64,000 bases of DNA from Bacteroidota bacterium (GTDB taxonomy: Bacteria; Bacteroidota; Bacteroidia; Bacteroidales; VadinHA17). Numbering within the stretch: the first letter of the stretch is position 1; each line of letters starts with the position of its first letter. The stretch is from assembly GCA_016718875.1 (NCBI GenBank), contig JADKBL010000003.1, forward strand, positions 199,027-263,026, given 5' to 3'. Positions 57,001 to 64,000 of the stretch are shown here, piece after piece. Under the pieces are notes generated by a model. The model had not been told where the DNA came from and did no database searches. It saw nothing but the letters and a program-made list of their open reading frames with translations. Both the position numbers and the translations under genes were made by a program.

Positions 57001-58338
57001 ATGACCTTTAAGATGACCAAAACATTAAAAAGAATTGCAATAACAGCAGGAGTTGTTCTCACTGTTATCGCACTTATCGCCTTCAATAAGCTTGCATCAA
57101 CCAGGGGTAAAATAGAGGTGTATGCTGAGGCAAAAAAAGATATGTTTGAAATCTCAGTATCAAACACAGGTGAACTTATAGCTGAGAGATCGGTCGAAAT
57201 AATGGGACCGCAAATGGCCCAGGGAAGACGGAATATGGGTGGTCAGGGCGGACACAATAACATGAGGATGGTAGATCTGAAGATCCAGGATATAGTTCCC
57301 GAAGGTACACTGGTTAATGAGGGAGATTATATTGCCCAGATAGACAGGACTCAGTATGACAACAGCCTTAAGGATGCCAGGGAGAGCCTCAAAAAAGAAC
57401 TTGAAACACTTGAAATGAAGTTGCTCGATTCTGCTGTTGTTCTGACAAATTTGAGGGATGATATAAAAAATCAGACCTATACTGTTGAGGAATCGAGAAT
57501 TACACTTGATCAGTCAAAGTTCGAGCCGCCTGCCACCATACGAAAAGCCCAGATAGATCTTGACAAGCAAATAAGAACTCTTGAACAGAAAAGGAAAGCA
57601 TACTATCTACGTGTTGCACAGATACATGCTGATGTGGAACATCAGAAACTGCATGTTTCAATGGGAGAAACCACGGTTCAGGATCTCGAGGATTACCTGG
57701 CTCAGTTTACCGTAAAAGCTCCGGCAAACGGTATGGTTATTTATAAAAAGGACAGGCTTGGCACCAAACGTAAAGCAGGATCAAGCATTAATCCATGGGA
57801 CCTTGTAATAGCAACATTGCCGGATCTTTCATCAATGATTTCGAAAATATACGTTAATGAGATTGAAATAAGCCGTGTTAAGAAAGATCAGAAAACACAG
57901 ATCACTATCGATGCATTCCCTGAAAAATCATTTACAGGTTCTGTATTCAGTATAGCCAATATTGGAGAACAACTGCCGAACTCAGATGCCAAAATGTTTG
58001 AAGTTCTCATAAAAATTGAAGGATCAGATCCTGCACTCAGACCATCAATGACCACCGGTAATAAAATCGTAATTGAAACATTCAATGATGTCGTTTCCGT
58101 TCCCTCCGAGTGTGTTAATGCCGGCACTGACAGTATTCCTTTTGTCTATCTGAAAAACCATACCAAGCAGATTGTTGTCCTCGGAAAATCGAATGAAAAA
58201 TATGTTATTGTTGAGAAAGGACTTAAATCTGGATCCCAGGTATTTATTATTCCACCGGAAGATCCTGAAAATTTCAAACTTACCGGAAAAGAACTTATCC
58301 CTGAGATCAGGCAAAAAGCGATTAGCCTGAATTATTAA
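57001..58338 (+). CDS. HlyD-family efflux-transporter periplasmic adaptor subunit
   Basis: 445 aa with an N-terminal TM anchor, a long coiled-coil hairpin and beta-barrel/lipoyl-like segments (FTVKAPANGMVIY). Confidence 0.85.
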   Translation: MTFKMTKTLKRIAITAGVVLTVIALIAFNKLASTRGKIEVYAEAKKDMFEISVSNTGELIAERSVEIMGPQMAQGRRNMGGQGGHNNMRMVDLKIQDIVPEGTLVNEGDYIAQIDRTQYDNSLKDARESLKKELETLEMKLLDSAVVLTNLRDDIKNQTYTVEESRITLDQSKFEPPATIRKAQIDLDKQIRTLEQKRKAYYLRVAQIHADVEHQKLHVSMGETTVQDLEDYLAQFTVKAPANGMVIYKKDRLGTKRKAGSSINPWDLVIATLPDLSSMISKIYVNEIEISRVKKDQKTQITIDAFPEKSFTGSVFSIANIGEQLPNSDAKMFEVLIKIEGSDPALRPSMTTGNKIVIETFNDVVSVPSECVNAGTDSIPFVYLKNHTKQIVVLGKSNEKYVIVEKGLKSGSQVFIIPPEDPENFKLTGKELIPEIRQKAISLNY

Positions 58339-58346
58339 AATATAAA

Positions 58347-58368
58347 GGGACATGCCATGGCATGTCCC
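58347..58368. terminator. Perfect 22-nt palindrome between the HlyD gene and tRNA-Arg (probable bidirectional terminator)
   Basis: GGGACATGCCATGGCATGTCCC. On the minus strand it is followed by TTTATATTTT, which places it after the tRNA 3' end. Confidence 0.55.
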
Positions 58369-58374
58369 TGCAGG

Positions 58375-58447
58375 TGATCCCGGGGCGACTCGAACGCCCA
58401 ACCAACAGAACCGGAATCTGTCATTCTATCCATTGAACTACGGGACC
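58375..58447 (-). tRNA. tRNA-Arg (anticodon CCG)
   Basis: I folded it by hand. The acceptor stem is GGTCCCG/CGGGATC with discriminator A. The anticodon stem is ACAGA/TCTGT with loop TTCCGGT. The T arm is GGGCG-TTCGAGT-CGCCC. Length is 73 nt. Confidence 0.9.
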
Positions 58448-58609
58448 GTATCTTGTGCAAAAGTAACACCAATTGACCGTTTTCACAAATATTGGTTTCA
58501 ATCTTTGCGCTCTTTGCGGTTAATGGATTTAAATTTCTTCGGCATTTACCAAAGATTTTCTAATTTCGCAGGCTTACAAGCAAGACAACAACATACTTAT
58601 ATTATCACA

Positions 58610-61273
58610 ATGGATTACAACTTTCACGAGATCGAAAAAAAATGGCAAAAATACTGGGAAGACAACAAAACCTTTAAAACTCCCGAAGATTTAACCAATC
58701 CAAAAAAATGCTACGTCCTCGATATGTTCCCATACCCTTCCGGTGCAGGACTTCATGTCGGACACCCTGAAGGTTATACCGCTACCGATATTTACAGCAG
58801 GTACAAGAGAATGAAAGGATTCAACGTCCTTCATCCCATGGGCTGGGATGCATTCGGTTTGCCTGCAGAGCAGTACGCTATACAGACAGGAACGCACCCT
58901 TCTATAACAACAAAGAACAATTGCGATACTTTCAGGAGACAGATAAAGGAGCTTGGATTAAGCTATGACTGGGACAGGGAAATTAACACCACCGATCCAA
59001 AATACTTCAGGTGGACACAATGGATTTTCTTACGGCTTTATAATACATGGTTCGACAACACTCTGCAGAAAGGCCGTCCTATATCGGAATTAGAGATTCC
59101 TGAAAACATAAAGAAACTCGGGAATAAAGAAGTAACCAAATATATAGATTCGCTGCGGCTCGCTTACTATGATAACGCCCATGTATGGTGGTGCCCTAAC
59201 TGCCGCATAGTCTGTGCAAATGAAGAGGTTCTTAATGACGGGTCGCATGAGAAATGCGGAAACAGGGTAGAGAAAAAGAACCTGAAGCAGTGGATGCTCC
59301 GTATACCTCATTATGCCGAAAGACTTCTTACAGGCATTGATAAACTCGACTGGCCCGAAGGAATAAAAGACATGCAGCGTAACTGGATCGGAAGATCAAC
59401 AGGCGCTGAGGTCGATTTCAGTATCGACGGACTTGATTCAAAGCTTACCGTTTTTACAACACGCCCCGATACTCTTTTTGGTGCAACTTATATGGTAATT
59501 GCACCTGAACACCAGCTTACAGAAGCCATAACAACCGATTCCTGCAGGGATGAAGTTAACAATTACATTAAGGCTACATCACTCAAATCTGACCTTGACA
59601 GGACTGATCTTGCAAAAGATAAAACAGGTGTCTTCACAGGAAGATATGCCATTAACCCGGTAAACAATAAGCTAATACCAATCTGGGTAGCTGATTATGT
59701 TCTCACAGGTTATGGTACCGGAGCCATTATGGCGGTTCCGGCTCATGATACCCGCGATTTTGAATTTGCAAAGAAATTCAGTCTGCCAGTATTGTGTATC
59801 CAGGACCCTGATGTAACCGATCCTGATCAGAAAAAGAGAATTCTTGAAGGAGCCGAATGCTGGACAGAGGACGGAAAATATATCAATTCAGTTAACAGTT
59901 CGACAGGCGTAGACATAAACGGATTGAACAAAGAAGCCGGAATAAAGAAAATTACTGAATGGCTGGAATCTAAAAAACTTGGAAAGGCCAAGGTAAATTA
60001 TAAGCTTCGCGACTGGCTATTCAGTCGCCAGAGATACTGGGGCGAACCATTCCCGGTAATTCACTGGGATGATGGTGAAATCGCATTACTCAATGAAAAT
60101 GAACTCCCGCTTCAGCTTCCTGAACTTGAGAAATATCTTCCGGGGGAATCAGGTGAATCTCCTCTGGCAAATGCTGATAACTGGCTTCATGTTACTGACG
60201 GAAAGGGACGCAAAGGAAGACGTGAAACAAATACAATGCCTCAATGGGCAGGATCATGCTGGTACTATCTCCGGTTCATAGATCCGAAAAATGACAATCT
60301 TATTTTTGATAAGGACAAAGAAAAATACTGGATGCCTGTCGATCTTTATATCGGCGGTGCCGAACATGCTGTACTCCACCTGCTTTACAGTCGTTTCTGG
60401 CATAAAGTACTGTTTGACCTTGACATTGTTTCCACAGATGAGCCCTATCAGAAGTTGTTCAACCAGGGAATGATCCTGGCATTTGCATATGAATCCGCCA
60501 CCGGAATGAAAATTCCTGCCGACCAGGTTATTGAACGCGATGGTAAGTTCTTCCATACAGAAAACGATTCGGAACTCAGGCAGATTGTGGCTAAAATGTC
60601 GAAGTCTCTTAAAAATGTTGTCAATCCTGATGATGTGACCTCAAAATACGGAGCCGATTCACTCAGGCTGTATGAGATGTTTATGGGTCCCCTTGATGTG
60701 ACTAAACCATGGGATGACAAGGGAGTCAAAGGTGTATTCAATTTTCTGGGCAGAACATTCAGATTCTTCTCAAATCCTGAAAATATTTACAAAGGCGAAG
60801 AAGATCCTGAGATACTGAAAGGATTGCATCATCTTATAAAAAAGGTGGAAGGTGACATCGAAACCCTTCACTTCAACACCGGCATTTCAGCTATGATGAT
60901 CTTCCTCAATCTGGCCATGAAAAAGGGAAAAGTATCACTTGAAACCGCACTAACATTTTCTAAGGTACTGGCTCCATATTCCCCGCATCTGGCAGAAGAG
61001 CTGTGGCAACTCCACGGAAATCCCAAAACCCTTGCATATGAACCCTGGCCTGTTTATAATGAGGAGTATCTGAAGGAAGATAACTTTGAATATCCTGTCT
61101 CATTTAATGGGAAAATGCGCTTCAGCATAGTGCTACCTGTATCAGCAACTAAGGAAGAGATAAGCAGTGCTGTTCTGGCAGATGAAAGGGCAACAAAATG
61201 GCTTGGTGGCAAAGCTCCGGCAAATATAATAGTTGTCCCGAACAGGATAGTTAACATCGTAATAAAGGGTTAA
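58610..61273 (+). CDS. leuS: Leucine--tRNA ligase
   Basis: I place the start at [17 protein letters not shown] (ATG at 58610). It has the HIGH-type HVGHPEGY and KMSKS motifs. The ORF-track extension to 58352 runs antisense through the tRNA. Confidence 0.95.
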   Translation: MDYNFHEIEKKWQKYWEDNKTFKTPEDLTNPKKCYVLDMFPYPSGAGLHVGHPEGYTATDIYSRYKRMKGFNVLHPMGWDAFGLPAEQYAIQTGTHPSITTKNNCDTFRRQIKELGLSYDWDREINTTDPKYFRWTQWIFLRLYNTWFDNTLQKGRPISELEIPENIKKLGNKEVTKYIDSLRLAYYDNAHVWWCPNCRIVCANEEVLNDGSHEKCGNRVEKKNLKQWMLRIPHYAERLLTGIDKLDWPEGIKDMQRNWIGRSTGAEVDFSIDGLDSKLTVFTTRPDTLFGATYMVIAPEHQLTEAITTDSCRDEVNNYIKATSLKSDLDRTDLAKDKTGVFTGRYAINPVNNKLIPIWVADYVLTGYGTGAIMAVPAHDTRDFEFAKKFSLPVLCIQDPDVTDPDQKKRILEGAECWTEDGKYINSVNSSTGVDINGLNKEAGIKKITEWLESKKLGKAKVNYKLRDWLFSRQRYWGEPFPVIHWDDGEIALLNENELPLQLPELEKYLPGESGESPLANADNWLHVTDGKGRKGRRETNTMPQWAGSCWYYLRFIDPKNDNLIFDKDKEKYWMPVDLYIGGAEHAVLHLLYSRFWHKVLFDLDIVSTDEPYQKLFNQGMILAFAYESATGMKIPADQVIERDGKFFHTENDSELRQIVAKMSKSLKNVVNPDDVTSKYGADSLRLYEMFMGPLDVTKPWDDKGVKGVFNFLGRTFRFFSNPENIYKGEEDPEILKGLHHLIKKVEGDIETLHFNTGISAMMIFLNLAMKKGKVSLETALTFSKVLAPYSPHLAEELWQLHGNPKTLAYEPWPVYNEEYLKEDNFEYPVSFNGKMRFSIVLPVSATKEEISSAVLADERATKWLGGKAPANIIVVPNRIVNIVIKG

Positions 61274-61280
61274 ACGGCTG

Positions 61281-62528
61281 ATGACAGGCAGAATACATTT
61301 CCGGTTTCTGATAGTTCTGCTAATTCTTTTTTATTCTTGTCAGCCATCAGGCAGAAGAGAAGCTGAAGTATCTTATTCAATAGCTGATTCTTTATCTGTA
61401 TCTCCATCTGATACAGTAACTCCCGTTTTCATGTATGGTATAAGATCTGATTCATTCGATCTTGTCCACGGGAAAATTAAGCGCAACGGATTTCTTTCCG
61501 AAATTCTTATTCAGCATGGTGTTACAATGCAGGAAATTGATCACTCAGTCAGAAATTTCAAATCGGTTTTTGATGTAAGATCTGTCAGGGCAGGTAACAC
61601 ATATGTATTGTTTTGTGATAAGGATAGTATTGCCAGGGCCAGGTATCTGGTTTATGAGCATGATCCGACCACATGCTATGTCTTCAGCTTTAATGATTCC
61701 ATTTACATTACACCATACAGGAAAGAGATAAAAAGCAAGATAAAATATGCATCAGGAATCATTGAAACCTCTCTATGGGAAGCAATGATGGCAGACAGCC
61801 TTCACCCATCTCTTGCAATTGGTCTTTCAGAGATTTTTGCCTGGACGGTTGATTTCTTCGGTCTACAAAAGGGAGACAGCTTTAAGGTTATATATGAAGA
61901 GATGTTTGTGGATGAAAAATCACTGGGGACAGGAAAAATATTCGGAGCACAGTTCAGCTGGTCGGGAGCTGTAATAACTGCTATTCCATTTATTCAGGAT
62001 GGGAGGGAATCATTTTTTGACATAGATGGAAACAGCTTGAGAAAGGCTTTTCTTAAGGCACCGCTTCAGTTTTCAAGGATCAGCTCAAGGTATTCATCGT
62101 CAAGGCTCCATCCCATTCTGAGAATCAGAAGACCACATTTTGGGGTTGATTATGCAGCACCAGTAGGCACCCCTGTTCATGCAATCGGCGACGGAAGAAT
62201 TACCTCGGCTACCCGTGAGAACGGATCAGGCTTGATGGTAAGAATTCAGCATAACAGTGTTTATTCAACCGCTTATCTGCATCTCAGCAATTTCGGGAAG
62301 GGAGTGGCAGCAGGAACCTATGTTAAACAGGGAGATATTATAGGATATGTTGGCAGCAGCGGTCTCTCAACCGGCCCCCATCTCGATTTCAGGTTTTATA
62401 TGAACGGATCACCCGTTGATCCTCTTAAAGTTGAAGCCCCTCCTGTTGAACCGGTGTCGGAGGAAAATCTGGAGAGGTTTGAGATTAATAAAGCGGTGGT
62501 TATTAGTCTGCTTGCGACTTTCAATTAA
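61281..62528 (+). CDS. M23-family metallopeptidase
   Basis: 415 aa with the HxxxD motif HFGVDYAAPVGTPV and a C-terminal GPHLDF motif. Confidence 0.88.
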   Translation: MTGRIHFRFLIVLLILFYSCQPSGRREAEVSYSIADSLSVSPSDTVTPVFMYGIRSDSFDLVHGKIKRNGFLSEILIQHGVTMQEIDHSVRNFKSVFDVRSVRAGNTYVLFCDKDSIARARYLVYEHDPTTCYVFSFNDSIYITPYRKEIKSKIKYASGIIETSLWEAMMADSLHPSLAIGLSEIFAWTVDFFGLQKGDSFKVIYEEMFVDEKSLGTGKIFGAQFSWSGAVITAIPFIQDGRESFFDIDGNSLRKAFLKAPLQFSRISSRYSSSRLHPILRIRRPHFGVDYAAPVGTPVHAIGDGRITSATRENGSGLMVRIQHNSVYSTAYLHLSNFGKGVAAGTYVKQGDIIGYVGSSGLSTGPHLDFRFYMNGSPVDPLKVEAPPVEPVSEENLERFEINKAVVISLLATFN

Positions 62529-62531
62529 AAA

Positions 62532-62718
62532 GTTGCTGGTTGCTGGTTCCTGACTCGGCGTTACGAAAACCTGGAACCTGAAACATGTAAATTGGAAGCC
62601 AGAACCTTTGCTGGCGCCAATTTGCAATTGGTGCCTTTAATTTATGGCACGGATTGCGCTGCGCTAAATCCGCGCCAGCCTAAGACCTAGTACCTACCAG
62701 AACCTAGCAACCAGCAAC
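62532..62718. repeat. 187-nt MITE-like intergenic element with ~21-nt terminal inverted repeats built of GTTGCTG heptamers and two internal hairpins
   Basis: The left end is GTTGCTGGTTGCTGGTTCCTG (62532-62552). The reverse complement of the right end is GTTGCTGGTTGCTAGGTTCTG (62698-62718). Internal hairpins lie at 62613-62635 and 62646-62676. The element fills the whole gap between two convergent stop codons. Confidence 0.75.
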
Positions 62719-62720
62719 AA

Positions 62721-63302
62721 TCAATAAAAGTCAGGTAATTTACCTACCAGTTCTTCAATCACCCTTGGGAAATGTTCATATTCCAATGCATGAATTTTTT
62801 TAGCAAGTGACTCATAATCATCAGTTGAGTCAACCCTGCACCTGGCCTGAAATATAATATCCCCTTCATCATAATTATTATTTACATAATGAATTGTAAT
62901 TCCTGATTCTGATTCATGGTTTTCAATAACTGCTTTGTGAACAACCTCACCATACATTCCCTTTCCTCCATACGATGGAAGTAAGGCAGGATGGATATTT
63001 ACAATTCTTCCTTTGAATTTATCAATTATGTTTTCGGGTACGAGCCATAGAAATCCGGCCAGGACAATAAGATCAATTTTCTTCTCAGTAAGATAATCAA
63101 GGATCTTTCCTGAGTGGTAAAAATCATGACGTTCGAAAAAAAGTGTTTCAACATTAAAGTTCTCAGCACGTTTTAATACCATAGCATGACGCTTGTTTGA
63201 AAGTACAAGAGTTACTTTTACGCCCTTTTTGGTCGAAAAGTATTTAATTATATTTTCAGCGTTAGTCCCGGAACCGGAGGCAAAAATTGCTATATTCCTC
63301 AT
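62721..63302 (-). CDS. purN: Phosphoribosylglycinamide formyltransferase
   Basis: 193 aa containing IAIFASGSGTNAE and NIHPALLP. Confidence 0.92.
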   Translation of the reverse strand: MRNIAIFASGSGTNAENIIKYFSTKKGVKVTLVLSNKRHAMVLKRAENFNVETLFFERHDFYHSGKILDYLTEKKIDLIVLAGFLWLVPENIIDKFKGRIVNIHPALLPSYGGKGMYGEVVHKAVIENHESESGITIHYVNNNYDEGDIIFQARCRVDSTDDYESLAKKIHALEYEHFPRVIEELVGKLPDFY

Positions 63303-63484
63303 ATAGTGATATTTAGCTGAATAGTGTTAAATCTGTAACAGTAACTAAATTCCATCATATAATACTGATTTTCTGTAATTTAAACTGAACGACTAATAAA
63401 AATATAGCAAATCTCTTGAAAAATATAGTACAAATATATTTCTTTGCATGGTTCAAAAATTAATATTAATTAAATTTTATAATT

Positions 63485-63721
63485 ATGTCGGACATTGCCA
63501 CAAGAGTAAAGGAAATTATAGTAGACAAACTCGGAGTTGATGTATCAGAAGTAACTCCTGAAGCAAGTTTTACTAATGATTTAGGTGCAGACTCTCTTGA
63601 CACCGTTGAGTTAATCATGGAGTTCGAGAAAGAATTCAATATTGGAATTCCCGATGACCAGGCAGAAACCATTGGCACCGTTGGTGACGCAATAAAGTAC
63701 ATTGAGGAAAATGCAAAGTAA
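63485..63721 (+). CDS. acpP: Acyl carrier protein
   Basis: 78 aa with the phosphopantetheine site [13 protein letters not shown]. Confidence 0.95.
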   Translation: MSDIATRVKEIIVDKLGVDVSEVTPEASFTNDLGADSLDTVELIMEFEKEFNIGIPDDQAETIGTVGDAIKYIEENAK

Positions 63722-63744
63722 TTTGCATTTATAAAAATCAATTT

Positions 63745-64000
63745 ATGAGAAGAGTTGTAGTTACGGGGATTGGAGCATTGACTCCACTGGGTAATAATTT
63801 ACAGGAAACTTGGGAAGGTCTTAAGAATGGTGTTAGCGGTGCTAACATGATAACTTATTTCAACACAGAGAAGTTTAAGACGAAGTTTGCATGTGAATTA
63901 AAAAACTACGACTCCTCAAAGTATTTCGACAGAAAAGAGGTCAACAAGCTTGATCCTTATGCACAGTATGCATTGATAACCACTGATGAAGCAATCACTG
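63745..64000 (+). CDS. fabF: Beta-ketoacyl-ACP synthase II, N-terminal part (runs off the window end)
   Basis: The ATG at 63745 opens MRRVVVTGIGALTPLGNNLQETWEGLKNGVSG. It lies immediately downstream of acpP. Confidence 0.88.
   Translation, partial: MRRVVVTGIGALTPLGNNLQETWEGLKNGVSGANMITYFNTEKFKTKFACELKNYDSSKYFDRKEVNKLDPYAQYALITTDEAIT

Noticed and set aside
56811-57167. 118-aa minus-strand ORF overlapping the HlyD gene start
   Set aside because: It is an AT-rich, Ile/Phe-rich translation that overlaps a well-supported gene and its promoter region.
58352-58609. 5' extension of the leuS ORF to 58352 (973 aa)
   Set aside because: The extension runs antisense through tRNA-Arg and a terminator palindrome. 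The canonical LeuRS N-terminus [13 protein letters not shown] starts at 58610.
5652-62718. Possibility that the short tandem repeats are CRISPR arrays
   Set aside because: The units are 7-9 nt with no unique spacers, the arrays are under 60 nt, and no cas genes are present. The architecture is incompatible with CRISPR.

Overview
The window looks like a Bacteroidota-type chromosome segment of about 40-45% GC. That placement is my inference from three things: a dcw cluster in which murE is followed directly by mraY with no murF, a long-form PurF, and TAnnTTTG-type promoter boxes. I had no database access, so every product call rests on motifs I could read in the translations.

Layout:
- 1-5.5 kb: start of the dcw cluster on the minus strand (mraZ, rsmH, ftsL-like, ftsI, murE, mraY), with three phased GTGG[GA] MraZ boxes upstream.
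- 5.8-17.9 kb: housekeeping genes. These are a lipid acyltransferase pair, purF, a SPOR protein, a YebC-family protein, miaB, aspS, tadA and gdhA.
- 17.9-20.4 kb: a decayed PadR plus FtsX/MacB-type permease locus.
- 20.6-23.8 kb: dprA, tatD, ansA and tRNA-Ser(GGA).
- 23.9-56.8 kb: a glycan-utilisation island. It carries GH29, GH172-like, GH5, GH43-like (frameshifted), GH95-like and GH2 genes, an alpha/beta-hydrolase, two URO-D-like proteins and a Tat-signal aldo/keto reductase.
- 57-64 kb: an orphan HlyD adaptor, tRNA-Arg(CCG), leuS, an M23 peptidase, purN, acpP and fabF.

Most notable observations:
1. The island contains a complete, translationally coupled mannose-family PTS operon (IIA, IIB, fused IIC-IID, EI, HPr) with a NagB-like deaminase. 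This is unexpected in this phylum. No SusC/SusD pair or regulator is present in the island.
2. An 1810-aa secreted chimeric protein combines tandem beta-helix, SMP-30-like propeller, ThuA-like and GH9-like modules. It is followed by two stand-alone ThuA paralogs.
3. Many intergenic regions hold short-period (7-9 nt) degenerate word arrays and recurring hairpin families. Two hairpin families show compensatory base-pair changes between copies. One 187-nt element has MITE-like terminal inverted repeats.

I saw no CRISPR array, integrase, transposase or prophage genes.
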